Assembly (NCBI GenBank): GCA_964016885.1
Contig: OZ024744.1
Coordinates: 93,868,001-93,932,000 of the forward strand
Reading direction: 5' to 3'
DNA: 64,000 bases
From: Eledone cirrhosa
Taxonomy: Eukaryota
The translations under genes and the position numbers were made by a program. How positions within the stretch are numbered: position 1 is the stretch's first letter; every line of letters begins with the position of its first letter. Positions 41,591-53,200 of this stretch are shown here, in pieces. The notes under the pieces are model-generated. The model was not told the origin of the DNA and did not search any database. It saw only the letters and a program-made list of their open reading frames with translations.

Positions 41591-42963
41591 AAAGTTATGT
41601 TGGTACCACAACATTCAGTCCTAAACAAATGAGGTCGTGTAGGTGTCACAACAAGAAAACACACAGTCCACGCTGTAATGTAGCCGTGTAGGTAACACGG
41701 AAAAAACCTCCCAGTTCCACACTGTAAATGTGGTTGGTGTTAGGAAGGGCATCCAGTCGTAGAAAACCTGCCAGACGGTCCCATACGAGCAAGACAACCA
41801 ATCTTGCCTCAAGAGGGACAATTCCCGTCCAGACCCATGCTAGCGTGGAAGATAGGCGTTAAACGATGGTGATGATGATGTACGTTCGTAAATATGGTAT
41901 TTCTTGTAATGTTCTTTTTTTGTCATATATAATGTTTTTTTAATGTAAAATAAAATTAATAGATTCTCCAGCTGTTGTATCAATATGAACCACTTACAAG
42001 CAGGAGGGGGGAGAAAACAGGGGTGGTAAAAAAATTAATACATGGTGGTGGGGGGGGGGACGATTATTCAAGACCTGAGAGTAGGAGGTTTCTCAGGTAT
42101 TTCAATGATAAGGGCCCCAGTACTATCATAAAAAGCAACATGAAATAAAGCGTCTTGCTCAGGGCACCACACACCACACCACTCAATCTAGAACTTGAAC
42201 CCGCAACCTCCTGATTGCGAGTCCAGTACTCTAACCACTAGGTCACATGCCTTCACTTAACCCTGAAGAAGCCGCAGATTTTACTGTACTTAACAAAGGC
42301 AATGACTGTTGTGTCTACATTAATGCTTTTCGCCTATCCGTATTTATTCCCTTTCTTTCATTACACATAACACGTTCCAGCCACTTATTAGCCACTCATC
42401 AGCCAATCACACACAGTCTTCATATTGATTGGCTCGCCCATCCAATAAGACCTTGGACTTAACCTGTGCGCACACACATGTGAACGTAACACTATGCTCT
42501 GTACATTGTGCTTTGCTTGCGGCTCCGTCTTTACACTTGTTCTTACTTGAGAACCCATACACAACAATGGCTATTCCCATTGATGAGGCCGTTGTTGGTT
42601 CGTTGTAAATGAGGAGCTCTGTCTAACATTCTTATATTTCTTTATTGTTAACCTATCCCAAGGTCAACTTTGCCTTTCATCCATTTGAGGTCGATAAAAA
42701 AAGTACCAATCTAGTACTGGGGTCGAATCTTCCTCTATATCTCTTTTTCACTTCCTTTCTCTCACTCTCTCTATCATTCTCTGGAAGAAATCTGCTGTAT
42801 TCAGACTTGGAGAGGAGATGGGCTCCGCCAAGTTTTTAAAATGCCCTAGAAATGCTATATGTCAATATGGCACCCCTACAACTTCCTCAGAAGTTACAGG
42901 ACTAAAAGGAAAAAAACAATAACCTATTGCAGTAACACCTCCACACCTCTTTTTTTTATTCAG

Positions 42964-43050
42964 TGACTCTGAGACCAAACAGTATCTGACCAGATGGACA
43001 AACTGTCATTATAATCCTGCAATATACATTAATGAGTCGGCTAGTTATAA
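42964..43050 (+). CDS. Orphan gene internal exon DSETKQYLTRWTNCHYNPAIYINESASY
   Basis: Acceptor tttttttattcag; only the phase-2 frame is open; donor AA|gtaatt. Confidence 0.6.
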
Positions 43051-43129
43051 GTAATTATGAATCACTGCCTCCTTACGGACAACTGATGGTGCACACTATG
43101 TTGGAACACAGAGGAGCCATCTCTCTCTA

Positions 43130-43640
43130 TTACGGCCCTGGTGGACAGAATGGAGAAAGTGTTTCTTTGAGGGATAGTGTGGGTATGGTGTGGCGTGCGG
43201 TGGCCGGAGGAGGGGGGGGAGTGCTCGACCGGAAGGGGTTTTTGAGTGCTCGACCGGAAGGGGTTTTTGAGTGCTCGACCGGAAGGGGTTTTTGACCGGA
43301 AGGATGCTCGACCGGAAGGGCCAGGGAGAGGGCCTCTCTCTAGTGGTGACCAGCATACGGTGAGGACGCGTTTTGGGCAGCTCCCGGTGTTAAGCAGTCG
43401 GACGCACGTGGAAGAGGAGTACCTGCAGTGGAATTTAGCGGCGCCTGTGAAAAGCGGTAAGTGAGATAGCTTTTTCTAACCACAAATAGTAAGGGAGATG
43501 TGCGGGAAGAGCCATTCCAACTCACTAGGCTCACACCTGCGGCTGGCCAGCTCAGTGCCTATGGTGGTAAGTAGGGAGGTAGCCCTAGGGCCAAGGACAC
43601 AGGAAGTCTCCACTGATAGGAGATCAACTGAAAACCTGTC
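43130..43640 (+). mobile_element. Unclassified GC-rich interspersed repeat
   Basis: Blocks 'gacagaatggagaa' and 'ctcacacctgcg.ctggccagct.agtgcctatggtggt' recur at ~63325-63465; the first block also recurs at ~22995. Internal gagtgctcgaccggaagggg tandem units. Confidence 0.55.
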
Positions 43641-43909
43641 GGAAACCATTTTAAATTGTCCCTAGTTCTATAAAACAAAATTATTTTATTGTGTACCCTT
43701 CTATATTAAACAAATGTAACACATTGTAATTTTATTTCTTATTAACTTGAAATTGCAAACACAAACGCACAACTGTCAAAATTCAACACATACACACAGA
43801 TATATCTCTTCTTCTTCTTCTTCTTCTTTCGCGCACACGACAGCTTATCCCTCTTATACACAGCTTCTCTCTCAAATCGTCTATGCTTGGTCGTTCACGC
43901 ACAATGTTA

Positions 43910-44272
43910 AAACCACCACCTCCACCAACACTACCACCACCTCCACCACCACCATCACCACTACCACCACCACCACCACCACCACCACCACCACCACCAC
44001 CACTACCACCACCTCCATCACCATCAACACCACTGTCGCTATCACCATTGTCATCATCATTATCATCATCAGTATCAAAACCATCATCATCACCACCATT
44101 GTCATCATCAGCAATGCAAAAACCACAACCACTACCATCACCACCACCACCACCACCACCACCACCACCACCACCACCACCATCATCACCACTGCCATCA
44201 CCACCACCACCACCACCACCACCACCACTACCATCACCACCACCATCACTATCACTACCATCATCATCACCA
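43910..44272. repeat. (ACC)n/(ATC)n microsatellite
   Basis: Direct reading; source of poly-T, poly-P and poly-V ORFs. Confidence 0.95.
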
Positions 44273-45655
44273 TATCTTGTATTACTTTCAGATTCTATAA
44301 TCTCTTATACTTTAATAATGATACAAAGATCAAGGTGAAAGAAAACACAATCTTCTTTGTTTTAACCCTTTAGCATTCACATTACTCTATATATACTATT
44401 ATATTTTCATGGTAAAGGCTTTACCTCACATAATATCTCACATAATATCGAATCTATAAGATTTTGAAAGTATTTATTTTGAGAACAATACCTTAACATC
44501 AGTATGAGTGACCAGTTATTTCAACAGAAAGAGGTAGAGAACTCTGGCCGGTTTGGGCCGGTTTGAACATTAAAGGGTTAAATATATTTTCCATGCAATA
44601 TGGTGCAATAATGCAAGCAGCTAATGTCATTATAATATTGGCACAGTATCGGTAAAAGGTCGGACGCCATGCTTTGCAGCATAGAGTTATGGCCTTTTGC
44701 GGTCTGAGTTCAAATCCCGCCGAGGTTAGCTTTGCCTTTCTTCCTGGTGGGGGTCGATTAAATAAAGTATCAATAATGCACTGGGGTAATTGCTGGCCTT
44801 GTGCCAACAATAGAAACAATTATTATATACACACAGGGGGGGGTCTGCTGAAAAGTTGATAGGTTGACGATGAAGCAGTGATGCTAGAGCTGTGAAATCT
44901 TACATGCAATGCATTAATTACAACACTCCTTATTAATAACTTCATTGTTTATTTACAGTAGGGACTATGTTGAAAAATAAACCTCATTTGTTTTTTTTCA
45001 GCTTTTTTTCAGTTTTTTTCAACATGAAATGAAATGTTTTGCTCAAGAACACAACACTCAACCCAGCCCAGGAATCGAACCCATGACATTATGATCATAA
45101 GTCCAACAACCTTACCACTAAGTCACACACCTCCACTGAGTATACTGGGGCAATGTGAAATGAAGTGTTTTGCTCAAAAACATAACACTCAACCCAGCCC
45201 AGGAATCGAACCCATGACATTATGATCATAAGTCTAACACCCTTACCACTAAGTCACACGCTTCCAGAATGTGTGATGGGTATTATATTATGGGACCAGA
45301 ACTAAGGGAGGTTGTCATGTCTCTGACACAACTAAAAGATCCTTTCAACCCTTTGGCAAGCTTTTTACAACAGGATGCTCTTCCTATCACCAACCACTTT
45401 ACAGAATGTACTGGATGTGTGTTTATTGTGTAAATCACCAACACAAGCAAGGTGATGATGTCTTTGACACAATTGAACGGTTCTCTCAACCCTTTGTTTA
45501 GCAAACTGTCTACAACTGAATGCCCTTCCTATCACCAACTACTTCACTTCACAGAATGTACTCAATATATCCAGTACATGTTACCAACAATAGAGAGAGG
45601 TTACTGTGCCCCTGACACATGAGTAAATTATATTTTCCAACAATTTTCATTTAAG

Positions 45656-45788
45656 ATACTCAATGGAAGTTGGACTGCTGACAAAAATGTTCATATTATT
45701 GTTGGCAGCTTGTGTTACTGAAATATCAGGTGATAGATGTAAAGTTGCTTGGCTGCTTGGTTGTTCCATCTACTCAACTTTACTATAA
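45656..45788 (+). CDS. Orphan gene terminal exon (K)YSMEVGLLTKMFILLLAACVTEISGDRCKVAWLLGCSIYSTLL*
   Basis: Acceptor ttttcatttaag; phase 2 matches the previous exon; hydrophobic C-terminus; AATAAA at 45866-45871. Confidence 0.55.
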
Positions 45789-46125
45789 CCTATGGTAATG
45801 TCACAAGTGTTTTTTTAGGCTGCCTCAAAAATTTTTAGGAAGAAATACTAAACAAAATTTTCCACAATAAAGTGGCACTTTGTTAGTTACGATTACGAGT
45901 GTTCCAGTTGATTTGATCAATGGAACAGCACACTCATGAAATTAACGTGTTAGTGGCTGAGCATTCCACAGGCTGGAGTAGCAAAGCACTACCACAAGCA
46001 TCATCTGATGCTTTCGGTAAGACGAGACGAGATGTTGATAATGATAAAAACTTTGTTGTCAATCTCCCTTGAATGTTCCTACTGAGACTTACTGTCAAAG
46101 ACGGCCTCACCAACATGTTCTAAAG

Positions 46126-46446
46126 CAAGGGTGTGCAACATATTCCATTGGCGGACCACTTTTGAACATTGGAACATTGGAATTAGGGCCATTAATATTT
46201 ATTAAGCACTATTCCAAAGATTTACCACAACTTCTTTCCATAACATGGAACTGGGAAATTATAACACACATAACCCTATCAGTGAAGCCGTTTAGTATAG
46301 GTCAACTAACAGAAAATTGTATTACAGTTACGAAAAAAATTCTAAATAAGCCTACAAGGTAAAAATTAAAAATGGTCATTGCGGACCACTCTGACTGGTC
46401 TGGCAGGCCAGATTGTGGCCCACGGGCCACCTGTTGCATGCCCCTG
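46126..46446 (-). mobile_element. hAT MITE, single-unit version of 30415-31057
   Basis: Same TIRs; perfect 8-bp TSD ttctaaag (46118-46125/46447-46454). Confidence 0.9.
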
Positions 46447-46454
46447 TTCTAAAG

Positions 46455-46826
46455 CAATCATTCTCAACATGGGACCTGAGAAATATTTAAAATGAGCCTG
46501 CAGTTGGTTCAAGGAAAATAGTTGGCCTTTGAAATTCTTTTTTTTACCACTGGTGTAAAATTATGAAAACACAAACTGCTTTACTTAATTCTTAAAGGCA
46601 AATAATTCAAAATTATTTAAAGAAAATTTTAAGTTCAACTTGATAAACTGTTAGACAGACACAAGGAGCAATGTAGTCATTAGACAAGATTTATATTTTA
46701 TCCTACATTTTACTTTTGTAAATAAAAGGTATTTCCTGTTACATGGAATTTCTATTTGTGCTATTATGTGGGGGGTTTTTGACACCAAAAATGGGCTTCA
46801 AAGAAGAAAAAGGTTGAGAAATATTG
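46455..46826. mobile_element. Older hAT/Charlie-like MITE
   Basis: caatcattctcaac ... gttgagaaatattg TIR-like ends. Confidence 0.6.
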
Positions 46827-47289
46827 TTGTCCTTCCTATTTAACTAAGTAACTTTTTTAAAAAGTGATATGCTAATAAAAAAGTAACTGAGCAGTTAAGG
46901 AGTTTACTTCACAATTAGTTGGCTTTTGGTTCAGTCATACTGTGCGACACCTTGGGTAAGTGCCTTCTACTATAGTCTTAGGTTAACCAATGCCTTGTAA
47001 GCGAAATTTGGAACTGGGGTCGATATGAAAGACTAAATCACAGCGGTGTCCCAGCCTGTCTGCATTCTAATGACTGAAACAGTAGCATTGTAGATGCCAG
47101 GAAGAGCTGAGCCCCTGACAATGAAGTTCTTGTCATTGTTAGTGGCTCACCTTACTGAGGTATTAGGTTATGCCCATGAGAGTGCTTGGCTGTTTCAACA
47201 ACTTTGCCTCACCATCACCTGTGGTAATGCTGCGAGCGTGTTGGCTTACCTCAAAAAGTATTAGAGGGAGGTTCCGATGCCCCTTGTAG

Positions 47290-48521
47290 TGTGTGACCGA
47301 TTGATACATTTAGTGTTGATTCTTGTGTACAATTATAAACAGGATTGACATGCGCAGCTGGGTTGGAAATGGTATCATGACCGGCAGGTGTAAAATCTGC
47401 CGGGTGGAGTTTGCAGACAACATAGCCTTACTTAATTCTAGAGAAGGTGATCTCCGACTTGCACTTGATAGATTTGATGCCAAGTGCTGCATGGCTAGAA
47501 TGAAAATTGGTGTGAAAACTGAGGCATTCATCCTCTCAAGGAAGCCTGCACAGTCCATTCTACATGTGAGTGGAATTCCAGTGAAGCACTTAGAGAAGTT
47601 CAAGTATCCCGTGGCCGTGTTCAGAAATAATGGAAAGCAGGAGGTTGAATTAAGTGCAAGAATCACAAGAGCTGGTATAGTAATGCGCCAGCTTCAGCAT
47701 TCGGTCATAAGAAGAAAGGAGGTAGGTGTAATAGCCAAAATCACTATCTTCAATTCAGTATTCATGCCAACTCTTGCCTATGGTCATGAATCTTGGGTAA
47801 TGACCAAAAGAATACAATTGTGAATACAAGCAGCCGAAATGAGGTTCCTCTGAAGGATCTTTGGAGTAACGTTACTTACATGTAGAGGCACATGGCTTAG
47901 TGGTTAGAGCATTGGGCTTGCAATCGAAAGGTTGTGAGTTCAATTCTCAGACCGGGTGATGTGTTGTTTCCTTGAGCAAGACACTTTATTTCACATTGCT
48001 CCAGTTTACTCAGCTGTAGAAATGAAATGATAGGACTGGGGTCCCTATCATTCCACTGCAAATTGGTCGTGGAGGTACCACGGCAAAAAAAAGCACCCAG
48101 CACTCACTGTAAATGAGGTTGGTGTTAGGAAGGGCATCCAGTTCCCGTCCCACCCTTGCAAGCAGGGAAAAGCGGACGTAAAATGAAATGAATGATGATG
48201 ATGATAGAATGCGTAGCTAGGAGATTAAAGAGTCACTCCAGGTAGAGCCACTACTTCTCCAAATTGTGAGATCACAGATCCTATTCTATGGACATGTGGT
48301 TAGAATATCTCAGGAAAGAATCATTGGACAGATTTTTACGTGCAAAACCAACAAGCGGGAGACTTAGGGGTCACCCCCAAGCAAGATGGTTGGATAACAT
48401 CCATGAGCTTGGCTGGTCACGCTTGGGGATCCAGCTAAATCAGTTGGAGACGGTTCCTTCTGACAAAACCCGCTGGAGGGAGTGTTTGAGGACTCTGTCC
48501 CCGCGACCCTTGCAGGAATGA
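47290..48521 (+). mobile_element. RTE-related LINE 3' part interrupted by a SINE
   Basis: FADNIALL, EKFKY, PTLAYGHESW, GHPQARWLDNIHELGWSRLGI. A related piece is at 53290-53580(-). Confidence 0.85.
47880..48204 (+). mobile_element. Composite tRNA-SINE (tRNA head, ccttgagcaagacactt core, 48-bp module, RTE tail)
   Basis: Box A/B; tail identical to the RTE 3' end at 6443-6500. Head fragments at ~29690-29805(-), 42135-42255(-) and 45025-45265(-). Confidence 0.85.
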
Positions 48522-48825
48522 GTGGGAGGAGGGGGGTGGGGGAATAAATATTTATATTTCAATATGGAATATTTATGTAATTAATTCGTTTTTGAATTTG
48601 TTTTGCGTGATTTCTTATCTGAAAACGTGTGTTGAAACAGATATTGTTATACTTTGGGAGGGTCATGTTGGCAATAAAAATGTTATTAAGTTTTGTATAT
48701 ATTATTTGTGCTTATATTTTTATTCCGTAAGAATTATAAACAATTTGTAACGTTATTTACACAATTGTGAATAAAACTACATAAATAAAAGAATAGTTAT
48801 GTAATAAACAACATAAGATAATCAT

Positions 48826-48886
48826 TTCATTTACCAGTGGTTTCTTGAAGGTTGATGTTATGTCTGTCTTCAGTCGTCAGAATGAA
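48826..48886 (-). ncRNA. Type I hammerhead ribozyme (mirror copy)
   Basis: Reverse complement reads ttcatt CTGACGA ctgaagacagacataacatcaaccttcaa GAAA cca c tggTA aatgaa. Confidence 0.8.
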
Positions 48887-48961
48887 TAAATAACATGGTG
48901 TTTTTATTAAATATGGACCCTAACCCTAAATCCATATTTAATAAAAACACCATGTTATTTA

Positions 48962-49022
48962 TTCATTCTGACGACTGAAGACAGACATAACATCTGCCTT
49001 CAAGAAACCACTGGTAAATGAA
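48962..49022 (+). ncRNA. Type I hammerhead ribozyme
   Basis: Stem I ttcatt/aatgaa; CTGACGA 48968-48974; stem II tgaag.caga/tctg.cttca; GAAA 49004-49007; stem III ACCA-c-TGGT; GUA cleavage site at 49016. Confidence 0.85.
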
Positions 49023-49432
49023 ATAATTATCTTATGTTGTTTATTACATAACTAATAAGCTCTGTAGCCTACATAAAGCACTCTTTTTTCCTTTACCTTT
49101 CCGGCCGAAATACTTCATTTAAATAAAAGAATATACAGAACAGATAGAGCTGGTTTGATAGCTTAACTTCTAACCTAACTAACAATAACCCTAAATGTAA
49201 CGTGAATGAACTGGAGCGGGGGTTATGCCAAGTTTTATAAAATGAAACGTAATTACAGGTAATTAAATGTAAGGTGTTTTATTAATAAGTTCCAGGTGAA
49301 TAGACAGCTATTAAAAAGAAATAAAATTAAAATAATAAGAAAATAAGCATTTAAATAGATTCCTAAATATATAAACAAATAAATAAATATATAAAATGCT
49401 TAGAAACGTACTAAGTTGGAACCTAAACATTT

Positions 49433-49460
49433 ATTTCCCATCATGCAAATTCTCGTAGTT
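49433..49460 (+). promoter_or_regulatory. ZNF143/Staf-like site overlapping an octamer, upstream of SIVA1
   Basis: TTCCCATCATGCA (49435-49447) overlaps ATGCAAAT (49443-49450), ~250 bp before the ATG. Motif match only. Confidence 0.45.
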
Positions 49461-49692
49461 ATCAAAGACTAATTTTGACATACCCTTACTATAAAATTTT
49501 ATTCATTATTTTATTTTTTTTTAATTTCTATAATAAATATTACTTAAATTATTTAACACTCTCTACTTTGAAGTTGTGGTTCTACATTGTGTATCTATCT
49601 AGTGTGACGACATTAACTACCCACGCTGGTACACCTCACAAACAACACTATCGCTGCTCTTTTCCCGCGGTTTTCTATTTTTTTCCTCTACA

Positions 49693-49801
49693 ATGGGTAA
49701 ACGTAGCTGTCCCTTTTTTGAAACCCCAGTTCAAAAGAAAATACATGTTGGTGTGAAAGAAGTTGATAATGGTGTTTCTGGTAACATGGAAGCTGTTTAT
49801 G
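49693..49801 (+). CDS. SIVA1: Apoptosis regulatory protein Siva homologue, exon 1
   Basis: MGKRSCPFFETPVQKKIHVGVKEVDNGVSGNMEAVY resembles human MPKRSCPF...QLKVRVSQRELSRGV...QEVF. Donor G|gtgagt, phase 1, at about the position where human exon 1 ends (from recall). Confidence 0.9.
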
Positions 49802-51355
49802 GTGAGTTCTTTTTAAAATGTCAACAACAAAAGTTCCAGACAACCAATACAAATGCTAAAAGAAGTAACAAAACAAACATTTGGTCTGTCAATACGAAAA
49901 CGAAATTTTATTCCTCGGTTTTATCATATACAGTACCACTAAACATCGACTAAATTACCCTGTTTACTTTTTTAGCGTAAATATTAATTGTAAATTGTTT
50001 GTTTATACACTTGCTTTTTTTAAATTTCAATAATAGTAATAATAAGGCACAAGGTCAGCAATAATCCGAAGCATTACTGGTACTTTATTTTATCGACCCC
50101 GTAAGGATGAAAGGCAAAGTCAATAAAAGTTCCAGTTGTGACCTTCACCCCCTTTTTATTTATTTATAATATCTGGGATTACATCGTTGTTTTTGTTTTT
50201 ATGCGTATCGAGAACAACTTCCTTTATTTTAAGATGGTGAGACGAGATTTGATGGTGTTTTAGCTGCTATTTGTAACGGGTTGAACAACCGTGTTTGCTT
50301 GCTTGCATATTATATTGATGTTACAGGTGTTGTTTAGCCCCAAAATCAGACCTACGATCGAAGACTTTCCCGTCGTGATCACCCAGTCTTTTTAGGTTAT
50401 CTATGTCGAATGTATCGCTATTCAAGACGATATGATGTTATTTGAGAAGAAATTGGCTGTTATTTCTAGCAGTCGTGCCATTACCGTAGAGCAGTAATTC
50501 CCAAATCTTTTCTCTACCAAGAACTCAATTTACTTAAATTAATTTTCCGAAAGGTCCCAGAATTTTAATAAATGATTGCTAATTAACATTCCTACGAACC
50601 CATTGTAGTTAATACTGCCTTTGCAGACCACTGGATGGGACATAGTGACGAAGAAGCCCGTCACCATTTAGTTGGGGCGGGCACACTGGATGGCAAGTGC
50701 CCTCTATTTTTATTTATCTACGGTGTGCCCTCAGATTAAAAAAAAAATTTGTGGTGATATTCCTGTGAATTATTGCAAATTAAAGTGTCTACGTTGAATG
50801 TTTCGTAGTCTAGCGACGAGTATAGTAATGGCTGCCTTCTTGTTATTGTTGACCTCGTGGTCAACAATAACAGCAGCATAGAGCTTAACTTTGCTTTTCA
50901 TCCTTACTGGGTCGATAGAATAAAGCACCAGTAATGCACTGGTGTCGATATAATCGACTTCCCCTCCCCCCAATATTACTGGCCTTGTGCCTATATAAGA
51001 AACCATTATTGTTGAACTCGTGACTTGATGTTATTGTTGACCTCGTGGCTTGATGTTGTTATTGTTATTGTTGACCAGGTGACTTGATGTTGTTATTGAC
51101 CTCGTGACTTGATGTTCTTGATATTGTTGACCTTGGCTCGATGTTATTGTTGACCCGCCGAGGTCATCTTTACCTTACCTTGCGAGGTCGATAAAATAAA
51201 GTACCAGTCAAGTACTGGGGTCGATGTAATCGACTTTCCCTTACCGTTAAAATCTCTCACGTTGAGTCTAAAATTAGAAAACATTGTTGGTATTCTTTAA
51301 CCCCGGAACTGACCCACAGCCAAAAATATTCAGTCGTGACCGTTCTCAGACGTGT

Positions 51356-53200
51356 GCATTACCACATTACAGAGTGGACTAGGTGCATCTTGTCATGGCA
51401 CCAGCACTACCTCATTACAGTGTACTAGGTGCATTTTGTCCTGGCACTAGCTCTACCACATTACAGAGTGGACTGGGTGCATTTTGTCATGGAACCAGCA
51501 TTACCACATTACAGAGTGGACTAGGTGCATTTTGTCATGGTACCAGCTCTACCTCATTACAGAGTGGACTAGGTGCATTTTGTCATGGCAGTAGCACTAC
51601 CACTTTACAGAGTGGACTAGGAGCATTTTATCTTGGCACTAGCACTACCACATTACAGAGTGGACTGGGTGCATTTTGTCATGGAACCAGCATTACCACA
51701 TTACAGAGTGGACTAGGTGCATTTTGTCATGGTACCAGCACTACCACATTACAGAGTGGACTGGGTGCATTTTGTCCTGGCACTAGCACTACCACATTAC
51801 AGAGTGGGCTAGGAGCATTTTATCATGGTACCAGCACTACCACATTACAGAGTGGACTAGGTGCATTTTGTCCTGGCACTAGCACATTACAGAGTGGACT
51901 AGGTGTATTTTGTCATAGTACCAGCACTACCTCATTACAGAGTGGGCTAGGAGCATTTTGTCATGGAACCAGCTCTACCTCATTACAGAGTGGACTATGT
52001 GCATTTTGTCCTGGCACTAGCACTACCACATTACAGAGTGGACTAGGTGCATTTTGTCCTGGCACTAGCACTACCACATTACAGAGTGGACTAGGAGCAT
52101 TTTATCATGGCACCAGCGCTACCACATTACAGAGTGGACTAGGTGCATTTTGTCCTGGCACTAGCACTACCACATTACAGAGTGGACTGGGTGCATTTTG
52201 TCATGGAACCAGCATTACCACATTACAGAGTGGACTAGGTGCATTTTGTCATGGCACCAGTACTACCTCATTACAGAGTGGACTAGGTGCATTTTGTCAT
52301 GGCACCAGCGCTACCACATTACAGAGTGGACTAGGAGCATTTTGTCCTGGCACTAGCACTACCACATTACAGAGTGGGCTAGGTGCATTTTGTCATGGTA
52401 CCAGCTCTACCTTATTACAGAGTGGACTGGGTGCATTTTGTCCTTGCACTAGCACTACCACATTACCGAGTGGACTAGGTGCATTTTGTCATGGTACCAG
52501 CACTACCTCATTACAGAGTGGACTGGGTGCATTTTGTCCTGGCACTAGCACTACCACATTACAGAGTGGACTAGGTGCATTTTGTCATGGTACCAGCACT
52601 ACCTCATTACAGAGTGGGCTAGGTGCATTTAGTCATGGTATCAGCTCTACCTCATTACAGAGTGGACTGGGTGCATTTTGTCCTGGCACTAGCACTACCA
52701 CATTACAGAGTGGACTAGGTGCATTTTGTCATGGTACCAGCTCTACCTCATTACAGAGTGGACTGGGTGAATTTTGTCCTTGCACTAGCACTACCACATT
52801 ACCGAGTGGACTAGGTGCATTTTGTCATGGTACCAGCTCTACCTCATTACAGAGTGGACTGGGTGCATTTTGTCCTGGCACTAGCACTACCACATTACAG
52901 AGTGGACTAGGTGCATTTTGTCCTGGCAGTAGCACTACCATATTACAGAGTGGACTAGGTGCATTTTGTCCTGGCAGTAGCACTACCACATTACAGAGTG
53001 GGCTAGGTGCATTTTGTCATGGTACCAGCACTACCACTTTGCAGAGTGGTTCATTTTATCATGGCACCAGTACTAGTGATGTTGTCATATGCTTGGCCAG
53101 ACTAAAGAGTCCATCAGACTCTACGTTGTCTCTATTCGATTGGTAACTACGTTACAGAGTGTACTGGGTGAATTTTATCACGGTACCAACATTAGAGAGG
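51356..53200. repeat. 48-bp minisatellite (~35 copies) derived from the SINE internal module
   Basis: Unit ctaccacattacagagtggactaggtgcattttgtcatggtaccagca is a reverse-complement relative of the 28300 array. Confidence 0.95.

Larger units (their letters stand above)
48794..49054. repeat. Near-perfect palindrome (124-bp arms, 13-nt CCCTAACCCTAAA loop) made of inverted Penelope pLTR ends
   Basis: 48794-48917 is the reverse complement of 48931-49054 with only a few mismatches. Confidence 0.95.

Noticed and set aside
42260-42620. CTGAAGA and TTGATGA hammerhead-like starts
   Set aside because: No matching stem II/GAAA/stem III could be built.
43747-44373. Mucin-like or proline-rich ORFs
   Set aside because: (ACC)n microsatellite open in several frames.
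51383-53146. 587-aa repetitive ORF as a structural protein
   Set aside because: The unit is a SINE-internal 48-bp module, the start is GTG, there is no signal peptide, and it lies in the SIVA1 intron.
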